Assembly: GCA_964473825.1 (NCBI GenBank)
Contig: CAYYQL010000004.1
Coordinates: forward strand, 64,001 to 128,000
Direction: 5' to 3'
Length of the DNA: 64,000 bases
Source of the DNA: an uncultured archaeon
GTDB taxonomy: Archaea > Asgardarchaeota > Thorarchaeia > Thorarchaeales > Thorarchaeaceae
Shown here: positions 20,309-30,154 of the stretch, one piece after another
Layout: every line of letters begins with the position of its first letter
Numbering within the stretch: position 1 is the first letter of the stretch
Position numbers and translations under genes: made by a program
The notes under the pieces: model-generated
Told to the model about the DNA's origin: nothing
Database searches by the model: none
Seen by the model: only the letters and a program-made list of their open reading frames with translations

Positions 20309-20486
20309 ATCCAGCTTATCACGATTTCGAAAGACGTCTGTATCTCAGAGGTTACACCTTCAGACATATTTGGGACAACTCACACTACTATGAACGATTG
20401 AAGAATCTATCCCCAAGGGAGAAGACTAATACGACACTCTTGCAGTGCATGCTCCTAGACAAAAGCAATGAGAGATGTGATAGAAC

Positions 20487-20984
20487 ATGGGAGTAATGAA
20501 AGCCGCAGCTACCAGGGGTCTAATACCTGCAGGTAACAAGGTCAGTGAGCTCCGTGACAACCTGACTAGGCTAATGACTCAGATGGCCTTGGTTTTGGAG
20601 AACCGATTCGGTCAAGAGGGACTCGATGCAATCGCTGAGATATTCCCCAATCTTGGGACAGAAGACGCAAAGAACATGAAAGAACGTCTTGGTCTCGGGG
20701 ACACCTTGTCGGATGCTGTTGATGCATGGAAGATAGTAGGTCACGTGATGGGAGCCAAGATGGAGGCAAGAAAGGTCTCTCCTGATCGTGTCGAAACTGT
20801 CCATCCCTTCTGTCCTCAGTATGAGGCATTCAAAGATGCTGGGAAACTGTACTGTGAGTCTGTCTGTCTCCCCTATGTTCGAGCAATAGGAGAAGGTATC
20901 GGTGATGGTGTGACAATGGAAGTTGTTCGCCCAGCTGATACGGATTCAACCTGTATCAAGGCACTTGTGTTCACACGAGAGTAG
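20487..20984 (+). CDS. V4R/ATC-hydrolase-like small ligand-binding protein
   Basis: FCPQY...YCESVC...TCI cysteine pattern; helical N-terminus. Confidence 0.6.
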   Translation: MGVMKAAATRGLIPAGNKVSELRDNLTRLMTQMALVLENRFGQEGLDAIAEIFPNLGTEDAKNMKERLGLGDTLSDAVDAWKIVGHVMGAKMEARKVSPDRVETVHPFCPQYEAFKDAGKLYCESVCLPYVRAIGEGIGDGVTMEVVRPADTDSTCIKALVFTRE

Positions 20985-21173
20985 ACTCATTGAACTTGCA
21001 CCAATCTGACTCAATGAGCTTGCGGTCTTAGTAGTATACGTGCCGCTGGGTCTTTACTACGAAGGCCCTCCTGACAGAAGGCAACTCCACTCATATCGTA
21101 CACTGGAAGAATGGCACGTTGTACAAGAAGAGTCTTAAACTGCTTTCCTAAGATTCGGCTCCAGGTAACTGCG

Positions 21174-21857
21174 ATGTTGAAGGGTGCAGTCTTCGATCTT
21201 GATGGTACCATTACTGTTCTCGAACTTCCACTAGATGCAATGAGGGAAGATGCTAAGACCTATTTCGTATCACGGGGACTGCCGCCAGGGATTCTGGAAC
21301 CCGCAGATGGCATCTCCAGTTCTACGCTGAAAGCCAAGAGATACTTCAGAGAACATGGAGCATCTGAAGAAGAGTGGGGAGACATGATGCGTGAACTTGA
21401 TGACGTCCTAAACCAGCATGAGGGCGACGCTGCACGTGATGTTCGCGTTATCGAAGGCGCCTTTGATGCGGTCGAGAGGGTGAGATCAATGGGACTGAAG
21501 ACAGCCATCCTTACAAACAATGGCCGCCATGCAGTTGATATTGTGTTGAAGAACATCCCTCTCAATCATTACTTCGATGTGATTCAGACACGAAATGAGT
21601 CCCCCAATCCCAAGCCCTATCCAGATGGCATACTCTTGGTAATTGAGAGACTTGGGCTGTCTCTTGACGAAGCAATATACATCGGAGATGCAAGGATAGA
21701 TGGAGCCGCTGCAGAAAAGGCCGGTATTGAGTTCTGGGGTGTCACCACAGGAGAAACAGACGCAGACGAGCTCTATGCGACTGGAGCCAGTCGAGTGTTT
21801 CAATCGTTGAGTGACATTCCCGATGCAATCAAGGAGCGAAACAAACCGCGCCGCTGA
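21174..21857 (+). CDS. HAD-family hydrolase (phosphoglycolate phosphatase-like)
   Basis: FDLDGT, LTNN, PKPYPD, YIGD motifs; start at MLKGAVF. Confidence 0.9.
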   Translation: MLKGAVFDLDGTITVLELPLDAMREDAKTYFVSRGLPPGILEPADGISSSTLKAKRYFREHGASEEEWGDMMRELDDVLNQHEGDAARDVRVIEGAFDAVERVRSMGLKTAILTNNGRHAVDIVLKNIPLNHYFDVIQTRNESPNPKPYPDGILLVIERLGLSLDEAIYIGDARIDGAAAEKAGIEFWGVTTGETDADELYATGASRVFQSLSDIPDAIKERNKPRR

Positions 21858-21999
21858 TGGCCATTTGTTAAGATTCAATACCCCTTAACTGTACAGTTTT
21901 TTGGTTATCCGCTGTTTCATATTCTGTTTCCTTTCGAATCTTGATATCTCTCAGTTTTGACGTCAGGTTCTCAGTCAAATCGTCGTCTAGGAGTCGCCT

Positions 22000-22533
22000 A
22001 TGAAGGGGCTTCCTTTCGGTCCTGATTGCGGTCAGTTATATGCCTTAGATATATCCTATTCAAATATGTCAGGACTTGCTCCCATGTCTAGGACATACTT
22101 TGATAGCTCAGAGGAAAATGAAACAATGATGATTGATGAAGGCATGTACCTTGTGCTTAGATCTGCTGCGGGGGCCTTTATCTGTCGATCACCACCTCTT
22201 CCCAAGTACTGGAATGGTATTGACAGGCCGCATGTTGCAGTCCTGGTCCCTTCAGATGACCACGTGTTTCGGGTCTATCTCTCTTCTCCCTCTTCCGATA
22301 TTGAAAGCGATGGCGGCTTTCACATCTTTGAGCTTGACGCGCTTCCGAACGAATCAATCATTGAGATTCGTCACGATGCTGTTGAGTATAGCTATTATAG
22401 GAAAGAGAACGAGGGGGCATGGACCAAAGTCGCTGAGGCACAGAACCCATTTCTTGTTGAGGTCTTCTCATATGGCCTCAGTCCGATTGTCATGAATATG
22501 TCTGAGCAGTTCAGTTTCACCTATTCGGACTGA
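22000..22533 (+). CDS. Hypothetical protein
   Basis: 177-aa ORF with aggag upstream; no recognisable motif. Confidence 0.45.
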   Translation: MKGLPFGPDCGQLYALDISYSNMSGLAPMSRTYFDSSEENETMMIDEGMYLVLRSAAGAFICRSPPLPKYWNGIDRPHVAVLVPSDDHVFRVYLSSPSSDIESDGGFHIFELDALPNESIIEIRHDAVEYSYYRKENEGAWTKVAEAQNPFLVEVFSYGLSPIVMNMSEQFSFTYSD

Positions 22534-23150
22534 GAAATCCTGACTGGCATGTAACTCGCAGTGGTTAGGAGGGACCTCTAACCGGTGATGCAATAATCAA
22601 GTTGAGATGCGATTGAAGGTGCGAGGAGACCCCGAAAAGCAATGTTTCGCTCGTGGTTCTTTGAGGAGGAGAGGAGATCTGCACCTAACATGCAACCGGG
22701 TCTGGGAGCACTCACCAGTCAATCGCACGAGTAGTGCTGGGGCCTCCTCAGCACACTTTCAACTGTTTAGATATCCTCGCAAGATAAGATGATTGTGATA
22801 CTTTCAATATTGTACCACCAGAACCTTGATGACTGCAGTGCTGAGCCAATAGAGTCTGTCCGAGCTTTAGTTAAAAGAAAAGAATCCCATGCATCTTTGA
22901 AGTGTTCGGGGGTTCACATCTCGTAGCAATCTTCTCTCCTCCTCCTTCCAGCGTTCTTTGAAAGCCCCCGGCCACTCGTCTTTTTCCGTTCTCTTTCAAT
23001 CCCAAAGCAGCCGTCTAGTGTCATTTCTATGTCTCTGTAGTATTGAAATCAACGATTCCTGGCTTCTGGTCTTGATTGATCGAGCGGACACGCAGAGGAG
23101 CAGAATAGATTAGATACACTTATATTATATGATGTACTATTATCTCTTGT

Positions 23151-23231
23151 TGGGGACCTCCCGCAAACAACCGCTATAACTCTCTCTCATCTGACGTCTG
23201 CACCCTCCCGGCGACTCATTGTCGGTCCCCA
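23151..23231. ncRNA. Candidate small structured RNA closed by an 8-bp terminal stem
   Basis: tggggacc...ggtcccca inverted ends 81 nt apart; TATA-like elements about 25 nt outside both ends; T-rich tract downstream on +. Confidence 0.3.
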
Positions 23232-23296
23232 CTCCTCTTTTCTTGCCGACAAGGTTTATAGGAGTAGGATTGCCGCGTTGAGTTGGAGACAAACGA

Positions 23297-23599
23297 ATGT
23301 CGTCGGCGAAGAAGGCTATCGATAGCACAGTCAAGAGAATTCTCCTCTATACCGCGGAGATAATAATGTCCGTCATTCTCTTAGTGATAATCTGTCTGCC
23401 ACTTGCCTTTGTGGTACCAATGTGGATTCAACAGATAGCATTGGAAGTTCCAGCCTCGAACCTTGCGGTGAATCCTGTGTCATGGTTTGGAATCACTGGA
23501 GCTGTTGTTATCACCTGCTTACTGGCGATTGCTGGAGCTTTGGTTGCAATCGTATACACACAGCGTTTCCTTGCGTCTGATGCATCTGAAGAAAAATAG
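23297..23599 (+). CDS. Small hypothetical membrane protein (2 TM)
   Basis: Two long hydrophobic segments; tttata at about 23255 and ggag SD. Confidence 0.7.
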   Translation: MSSAKKAIDSTVKRILLYTAEIIMSVILLVIICLPLAFVVPMWIQQIALEVPASNLAVNPVSWFGITGAVVITCLLAIAGALVAIVYTQRFLASDASEEK

Positions 23600-23690
23600 T
23601 TGATTTGCGCGCATTTACTATTAGCTAGTCAGCCGAGATGGCATATGCTGGATTTCACCACGCAATGTTAAATACTTCTAGTCCTTTGAT

Positions 23691-24560
23691 TTGACGAAGT
23701 GGAAGCTCTTGGATATAGCACAGAAAACGCGCTACTGGCAGATTGGGAATCTACTCTCACCGCTCTTTCTCGGTGTTCTTGGTGCTTTGTTGAGTATTCC
23801 CGCGGGCGACGTCGGAAATGTGTTCTCCACATCGGATTATCCTAAGTTGCTCTCTCCTGCGCCACTCACTTTTGCCATTTGGGGTCCGATCTTTATCTTC
23901 TTGGCCCTGTTCTACTTCTATCAGGCCAAGGGGGTTGTTTCAGGCGAAACACCAGAGGACGTTGTAAAGGTTGTTCAGAGCGTGGGGCCTTTCTTCATTC
24001 TGTCATCTGCGGCGACTACAGCATGGTATGTGCTTTGGCTGTATCAAATCATCTGGGCATCAGTGGTTTCCATGTTTCTCTATCTGGTCTTCATTCTCGG
24101 GGCATACCTGAGTCTTGGTATCAACAGAAGAGATAGGCCGTTTCGGGAGCACCTCTTCGTCACAGTTGGCTGGAGCATGTACGCAGGATGGGTTACCGTT
24201 GCGGCAATAGTAAATGCAACCACTGGGTTAGTGGCTGCTGGTTTCACAGGACCAGTCATCGGAGAGGTCGGTTGGACGACCTTGGTTCTCCTGATGGCTC
24301 TTGGGATCTATCTGCTGGTTCTGTTCACGCGGAACGATTTTGTCTATGCAGGGGTGGGGGTCTGGGCCCTTGTCGGTTCTCTGATCACTTGGACAACACC
24401 AAGTGCTATTCCAAATGTGACGCTCGCATCAGTCGCACTTGTGGGAATAGTGGCATTGGTGGTAGCAATGGCGTATCGTTTCTACTCGATGTCAAAGAGC
24501 GGCCAACTGAAGATTCTCCAGAAGTTTGGCCTCCATAGGTCAGAAGAACCCAGAATGTAA
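23691..24560 (+). CDS. Tryptophan-rich sensory protein (TspO-like) membrane protein
   Basis: PAPLTFAIWGPI, SMYAGWVTVA, WALVG motifs. Confidence 0.75.
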   Translation: MTKWKLLDIAQKTRYWQIGNLLSPLFLGVLGALLSIPAGDVGNVFSTSDYPKLLSPAPLTFAIWGPIFIFLALFYFYQAKGVVSGETPEDVVKVVQSVGPFFILSSAATTAWYVLWLYQIIWASVVSMFLYLVFILGAYLSLGINRRDRPFREHLFVTVGWSMYAGWVTVAAIVNATTGLVAAGFTGPVIGEVGWTTLVLLMALGIYLLVLFTRNDFVYAGVGVWALVGSLITWTTPSAIPNVTLASVALVGIVALVVAMAYRFYSMSKSGQLKILQKFGLHRSEEPRM

Positions 24561-24568
24561 GTCTTGGA

Positions 24569-25378
24569 TCACTTGATGCCGGTCTTCTGGGCTATATTTT
24601 CGACCAGCTTCTCGAACTCTTTGGCTGCCTTTGATTCGGAATCACTTATGACAAAGGGGGTTCCCTCGTCACTAAGCTTGACTATTCGTGGGTCCAGCGG
24701 GAGGGTACCGAGTACGTCTACTCCGTACTCTTCAGAGGCCTTCTTTGGACCGCCGCTTCCGAAGATATTGTACGATTCACCACAGTTTGGGCATATGAAT
24801 TCAGACATATTCTCGACAATTCCGAGTATCGGCACTTCCATCTTGTTCACGAGTCGAATTGCTCGTCGGGCATCGAGAATGGCTACATCTTGAGGCGTAC
24901 TCACAATGATGACGCCATCGATGTCGGGAATCGTTTGCAAAATACTGAGTATCTCATCCCCCGTTCCTGGAGGCAGGTCTACCACAAGAACATCAAGCTT
25001 GCCCCACTTGACGTTTCCTAGGAATTGACTTATTGCTTTTGCGACCAAAGGGCCTCTCCAAGCAACTGCATCGTCCGTGTTGCGGAGTAGGAACGCCATG
25101 CTCATGACTTTTGTTCCCAGAGGACCAATGATTGGATTTATCATCTCTCCCTCTGCAGTTGGATGTTGCCCTTCTAGGCCCAGTAGTTTCGGCACATTTG
25201 GACCGTAGATGTCTACATCTAAGACACCTGCCTTGAGGTCCTGATTGGCGAAGGATATAGCGAGGTTCGTAGCTACTGTTGTCTTACCCACTCCACCTTT
25301 TCCTGAGAGTACAACAATCTTATGCTTGATATCTTTCATTGCCTCGATGACTTCTGGGGGAATCATTGGCTTGGACAC
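24569..25378 (-). CDS. mrp: Mrp/NBP35 Fe-S cluster carrier ATPase
   Basis: SGKGGVGKT, DVDIYGP, WRGP, DLPPGTGD, ENMS-x-F-x-CPNC. Confidence 0.95.
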   Translation of the reverse strand: MSKPMIPPEVIEAMKDIKHKIVVLSGKGGVGKTTVATNLAISFANQDLKAGVLDVDIYGPNVPKLLGLEGQHPTAEGEMINPIIGPLGTKVMSMAFLLRNTDDAVAWRGPLVAKAISQFLGNVKWGKLDVLVVDLPPGTGDEILSILQTIPDIDGVIIVSTPQDVAILDARRAIRLVNKMEVPILGIVENMSEFICPNCGESYNIFGSGGPKKASEEYGVDVLGTLPLDPRIVKLSDEGTPFVISDSESKAAKEFEKLVENIAQKTGIK

Positions 25379-25413
25379 TGATTATTCCTCGAAGTGAATC
25401 GAACGGATTCAGG

Positions 25414-26244
25414 TTATAAATCGTTAGATGTAGCTAAGTTACGAAATCGCGACAGTATGTCTTCTGCCAGTTTTGCATTGGATGCAGCAACAAAGCTCAT
25501 TGTTTCTGACATGTCAATTGGGAGGACAAGTTTCTGTCCATTCACCCCCATGACATATCCCCCAGCTTCTTCTACTATATGCGTTCCCGAAACATGGACA
25601 ATAGGCAGGATGCCTCGAAGATCTATCATCGCGTCAAGACCTCCGCTTGCCACCCAACACAGGTCCAGTAGATTGCTGGCAGTCCGACGAATGTCATGAA
25701 CAGCGTGGATTGCTCTCATGGACTTCTGAAGAAACTCCTGATTCTGCGAATCATTGGTGTCAAAAGAGATGATTGTTTCCCTCATCGGGGCAGGTCTTCT
25801 GACTGATACAGAATTTCCGTTGCGTTTCACACCCATCCCCCTCATGGCAGTGTATGTTTCATCCGTAAATAACGAGATGATAATACTATGTTCTATGTCT
25901 TGGGTGGATGGTGTTTCACTATAGGGCAGAGTTGTTATGCCCACACAGCAGAGGGGTATACCACGTTCAAGGTTCGCTGACCCATCGATTGGGTCAACTA
26001 TCGCAATGTAATCTGGCCTCTCCGCAAGGAAGATTTCTCCTTGCTCCTCTGTTAGGACCAAGAACGACTCACCGGAGTCAGCGAGTTTCTCGATAATTGT
26101 TTCCTCACACATTTTATCCAGCACTAGGGTCTTATCACCGAAGGGATTCGTTGTTCCTGTCAGTTCATCTGCTCGGTTGAGATTGCTGAGAACGAGCTCC
26201 TTGGCGCTTTCAGCAGCTTTGCTCAATATTTTCTCCATGTTCAT
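25414..26244 (-). CDS. Inositol monophosphatase/fructose-1,6-bisphosphatase family
   Basis: LTEE, VDPIDGSAN, DLCWVASG, IVEEAGG. Confidence 0.88.
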   Translation of the reverse strand: MNMEKILSKAAESAKELVLSNLNRADELTGTTNPFGDKTLVLDKMCEETIIEKLADSGESFLVLTEEQGEIFLAERPDYIAIVDPIDGSANLERGIPLCCVGITTLPYSETPSTQDIEHSIIISLFTDETYTAMRGMGVKRNGNSVSVRRPAPMRETIISFDTNDSQNQEFLQKSMRAIHAVHDIRRTASNLLDLCWVASGGLDAMIDLRGILPIVHVSGTHIVEEAGGYVMGVNGQKLVLPIDMSETMSFVAASNAKLAEDILSRFRNLATSNDL

Positions 26245-26360
26245 TTTGTGGTCTCCTTGTTCGTCAAGAGTATTGCTGCATCAAGTCCTGCAGCATCTTG
26301 CAATTGTTTAAATGCTTCAGATACCGACATCTCCTTGTAAGGGCTAACCCGGTGGATGAA

Positions 26361-27023
26361 ATGGGCTTTCTGAGCGGCAAGAAAAAGGTTGACACTGAAC
26401 GTGGGATGTTAGAGATCAAGGGCACTATGAATGCCATGACTCTCAGAATCAGGCGCCTTGAAACAAGAATGGCTGAGGAACAGAAGGCTGCCAAGGAGGC
26501 TATGGCACGTGGAGAGAGAACTATCGCTCGTTCTCATCTCAGTATAGTGGTTGACCTCGAAAACAGGAAATCGAGATATCAACAGCAGTATCTTACTCTT
26601 GAAACGGCTTTGCTTAACATTGAGGAGGCAAAAGACCAGGCTGAAGTCCTCAAGGCATTTAGCATCGCCAATGAAGCACTAGCAGACGCGCGAAAGCTAT
26701 TGAGTCCCACAGAAATCCAGATGCAGCTTGACAAATTATCGGAGTCTTTTGAACACATCTCCGTCGCCGGTGATCTTCTCTCGGAAGACCTCAGTTCAAC
26801 TGGCTCTACCATCGAGGATGATGAGAAGATTGATCGCCAGCTGGATGCTATGGAAGCAGAGATATTGCTGGAGAAGGAGGGTGTCCTACCCCCTCTTGAA
26901 ATCAAAGATGGCAAGGTGGAAACGGCTGTCGAGGGAGATCGTGAAGAGAAGCGCATCGATGAGCTTCTTGCCGACCTAGAGCGAGAAGCTAAGGAAGAGC
27001 GAGAGAGAGAGGCACAGAGTTAA
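26361..27023 (+). CDS. ESCRT-III / Snf7-family protein
   Basis: MGFLSGKKK N-terminus, basic helical hairpin, LETALLNIEEAKDQAEVLKAF, acidic C-half, VLPPLE MIM2-like motif and terminal helix; tttaaa TATA at about 26307. Confidence 0.88.
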   Translation: MGFLSGKKKVDTERGMLEIKGTMNAMTLRIRRLETRMAEEQKAAKEAMARGERTIARSHLSIVVDLENRKSRYQQQYLTLETALLNIEEAKDQAEVLKAFSIANEALADARKLLSPTEIQMQLDKLSESFEHISVAGDLLSEDLSSTGSTIEDDEKIDRQLDAMEAEILLEKEGVLPPLEIKDGKVETAVEGDREEKRIDELLADLEREAKEEREREAQS

Positions 27024-27063
27024 CCCCCGTTTCACATTATATTGTTATCCGAACGTGATATTC

Positions 27064-27708
27064 ATGACTTACGATCTTGTAGTGTTCGATGTAGACGGCA
27101 CCTTGACAAAACATAACAGCATCTGGTGGCGGCTGCACGAAGTATTCGAAACCACGGAAGAAGGAAAGGAGTTCTACGATCAGTTCTTCGCAGGGGAGAT
27201 TAGCTATCAAGAGTGGGCAGATCTAGATGCAGGGCTGTGGAGGGGTCGCAGTGTAGAGGAGATAATGGCCATTGTACATACAACTGAACTGGTCCCCGGT
27301 GCTGTGGAGACCATCGCCGAGATTCGTAATCGAGGCTTGGAGGTAGCGATTCTCTCTGGCGGAATCAATTTCCTTGCAGATGATATCGCTCGACGTGTCA
27401 ACATAAGTTACGTGCTAACAAATGAACTGGAGTCCAAAAACGGTATCTTAACGGGCAGAGTCAGAGTACGAGTTGGATGGGGCGAGAAAGTCGAAGAGAT
27501 CAAGGAGATTCTCGACCACTTTGAAACCGGTTTTGAGCGGACCATATTCGTAGGCGACGGGCGCAATGATGTCAGCGTTCTGAAAAAGGTAGGCCTAGCC
27601 ATCGCTTTCAGGCCGGAGCATCCGGAGGTAGAACGTTCTGCCGATATTGTTGTCAATGAAGAGGATCTCCGGGCGATATTGCCTCATATACCTCCAAGAC
27701 CAAACTGA
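27064..27708 (+). CDS. Phosphoserine phosphatase-like HAD (subfamily IB)
   Basis: FDVDGT, LSGG, K, VGDGRND motifs. Confidence 0.88.
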   Translation: MTYDLVVFDVDGTLTKHNSIWWRLHEVFETTEEGKEFYDQFFAGEISYQEWADLDAGLWRGRSVEEIMAIVHTTELVPGAVETIAEIRNRGLEVAILSGGINFLADDIARRVNISYVLTNELESKNGILTGRVRVRVGWGEKVEEIKEILDHFETGFERTIFVGDGRNDVSVLKKVGLAIAFRPEHPEVERSADIVVNEEDLRAILPHIPPRPN

Positions 27709-27735
27709 TTTGAGCTCCCCATCTTTCCATCTAAG

Positions 27736-28881
27736 CTACGTGTACCGGAGATTGGTTCCTGTGTTCAACAGGACTACTTCTTCATCAAAGTCTATGTCGC
27801 CAGCCTCCACAAGATTTCGGAGTCCTGCTAAGCCAACTGCTGCTTCTGGTCCCATCATAATGCCCTCCATTCTTGCGACCATGACCTGAGTCGGTCGAAT
27901 CTCATTCTCAGCGACAGCGACGGCGGAACCACCCGATCGCCTTATGGCACTCAGTATCAGTCTTCCGGCAAATGGGTTTGGAACACGAAGACCCAATGCT
28001 TCTGTGCGAGGGTTCTTCCAAGGCTCCAGTGTATCCAATCCCTTTTCGATAGATCGAACTATGGGGGCGCAATTCTCAGTCTGTGCGGCATATAACTTGG
28101 GTCGCTCACTCCCAATAGCTCCAATGCCCTCAAGCTCGTCTAGGGCCTTCCATATTCCTATCAAGGCAGTACCTCCACCAGTTGGACAGATTATTGCATC
28201 AGGAACTTCCCAGTTCAACTGCTCAATTATCTCAAATCCTATCGTTTTCTTTCCTTCAACCCGATAGGGTTCTTTTGTTGTGGATAGGTCTATCCAGTCT
28301 CCCTTTGTCGCTGTCATCCTCATGGCTGCGTCTGAGATTGTACCTTCGACGCGATGAGTCAACGCTCCGTACATCTCGCAATCCCTGAAGAAGGGCTCCG
28401 GCGTGTCATCTGGCATGAATATGGAAGCCTTTGCCCCCGCTGCAGCACAGTAGGCCGATGTTGATACCGCCGCATTCCCTGCTGAGGGAAGAGCGAAGCT
28501 CCTTGCGCCAAGTTCGAGATGCTTCGATATCGCGCTACAAAGACCACGGTCCTTGAAGGACCCCGTCGGATTCAGAGTTTCATTCTTGATACGGAGCAAT
28601 CGAAGCCCAACTCTCTGTCCAAGCCTTCGAGCAGTCAACATCGGTGTCCAGCCCTCTCCCAGACTCACTACGAATGAGAGTGACTTCACCGGGAGTAATT
28701 GAGAATACCGCCACATGCTATTGATATCTGTCGGGAATCCTCCACATCTGAAGGCATCACGGACTCCACCAAGATTATAGGTCGCCATTAGAGGCGAACC
28801 ACAAATGCAGTGGTCCGCAGGTCTATCTGCCGAGTACTTCGTTGCGCACTCGGGACATTCGAGATGAGTTATGTTTGACAT
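27736..28881 (-). CDS. thrC: Threonine synthase
   Basis: N-terminal CxxC, SLGEGWTP, NPTGSFKDRG (PLP Lys), SAGNA, EGKKT, PTGGG. Confidence 0.9.
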   Translation of the reverse strand: MSNITHLECPECATKYSADRPADHCICGSPLMATYNLGGVRDAFRCGGFPTDINSMWRYSQLLPVKSLSFVVSLGEGWTPMLTARRLGQRVGLRLLRIKNETLNPTGSFKDRGLCSAISKHLELGARSFALPSAGNAAVSTSAYCAAAGAKASIFMPDDTPEPFFRDCEMYGALTHRVEGTISDAAMRMTATKGDWIDLSTTKEPYRVEGKKTIGFEIIEQLNWEVPDAIICPTGGGTALIGIWKALDELEGIGAIGSERPKLYAAQTENCAPIVRSIEKGLDTLEPWKNPRTEALGLRVPNPFAGRLILSAIRRSGGSAVAVAENEIRPTQVMVARMEGIMMGPEAAVGLAGLRNLVEAGDIDFDEEVVLLNTGTNLRYT

Positions 28882-28948
28882 CAAAGAGGGCACTCACATT
28901 TTTACATTCAAGCACAGACTTATTTGTCTATACGATTTCATTTTGAAG

Positions 28949-30154
28949 ATGGAGGACTTTTCCTTGAGCGGTCTGGAACAACGTGTAATGCCTTTCACGG
29001 CATTTGTTGGTCTTGAGCAGCTCAAGCTTGCATTGATTCTCAATGGGGTTAATCCTCGTATAGGCGGTGTGCTGGTTTCTGGACCTAAAGGAACTGGCAA
29101 GACCACCATCGTCAGGGCTTTCGCATCTCTTCTACCGGAGGTTGAGGTTGTGAAGGGTTGCCGATTTGGGTGCAATCCGCACCGCGATGCTGTACTCTGT
29201 GCTGAGTGTGAGGCGCGCCTTGAACGAGGCGAAGATCTTGCGACCGTCGAGCGAAAGATGCGGGTTGTCAACCTGCCATTATCCACAACTGAGGACCGTC
29301 TGATCGGTGCTCTTGATATCGAGCAGGTGTTGCAGGAAGGCATTCAAGCACTAAAGCCCGGGATTCTGGCGGAGGCCAATCAGAATGTTCTGTACGTGGA
29401 TGAAGTCAATCTCCTTCCTGACCACCTTGTTGATGATCTACTGGATGCAGCAGCTACCAAGGTGAACGTCATAGAGCGAGAAGGCATTTCTGTCCGTCAC
29501 GCCTCAGATTTCATTCTTATCGGAACGATGAATCCTGAGGAGGGTGAGCTAAGACCTCAGCTTCTCGACCGGTTTCCATTGCATGTGTCCGTTGGAGGTT
29601 CGCACACGATTGAAGGCAGGATGGCTCTTGTCAGAAGGAATCTGGAATTCGAGCGTGATCCGGATGCATTTGCCAAACAATGGCAGGATGAACAAGAATC
29701 CCTGCGAGAGAGGATAATGACGGCAAGAAGGATCCTTTCTGATGTTCAACTCCCCGAGAGCAACCTAAGAGCAATTGCCATGGCATGTGACGCATTGGAG
29801 GTTGACGGTGTTCGTCCAGATATCATCATCAGCAAAGCCGCCATCACTAATGCGGCGTTTGAGGGCCGTATAGAAGTAAATGTGCATGATATGCAGCTTG
29901 CTGCACAGCTAGCACTGAGTCATAGAACTCGGCGTGGAGGTCTTCTAGAGCCTTCTTCACCTGATGATATCGATCTTGCCATAACGAAGGCGGCCAAAGT
30001 GGCAGAAGCGAGTGATAACCGAAAGTCACCTACGGAGGTTCCGGCATCCGGGGAGGAAACTGAACGTAGAATGAGTGGCGGCAAGTTTGGTCGGGGTTCG
30101 AGGTATGCCGAGAGCGGTTTATCAGATGGCAAAAAAAAACTCCGAAGAAAGTGA
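28949..30154 (+). CDS. ChlI/BchI-like AAA+ ATPase (chelatase small subunit family)
   Basis: PFTAFVG, GPKGTGKT, TEDRLIG, YVDEVNLL, NPEEGELRPQLLDRF; start uncertain between 28949 and 28988. Confidence 0.92.
   Translation: MEDFSLSGLEQRVMPFTAFVGLEQLKLALILNGVNPRIGGVLVSGPKGTGKTTIVRAFASLLPEVEVVKGCRFGCNPHRDAVLCAECEARLERGEDLATVERKMRVVNLPLSTTEDRLIGALDIEQVLQEGIQALKPGILAEANQNVLYVDEVNLLPDHLVDDLLDAAATKVNVIEREGISVRHASDFILIGTMNPEEGELRPQLLDRFPLHVSVGGSHTIEGRMALVRRNLEFERDPDAFAKQWQDEQESLRERIMTARRILSDVQLPESNLRAIAMACDALEVDGVRPDIIISKAAITNAAFEGRIEVNVHDMQLAAQLALSHRTRRGGLLEPSSPDDIDLAITKAAKVAEASDNRKSPTEVPASGEETERRMSGGKFGRGSRYAESGLSDGKKKLRRK
30130..30140 (+). promoter_or_regulatory. Putative -1 frameshift/slippage site (A9 run) linking the AAA and vWA ORFs
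   Basis: GGC AAA AAA AAA CTC; the -1 frame is open from 30070 through the A run into the vWA ORF. Confidence 0.6.

Noticed and set aside
23151-23235. tRNA gene
   Set aside because: Acceptor-like stem only; no TTCRA T-loop, D-arm or anticodon arm
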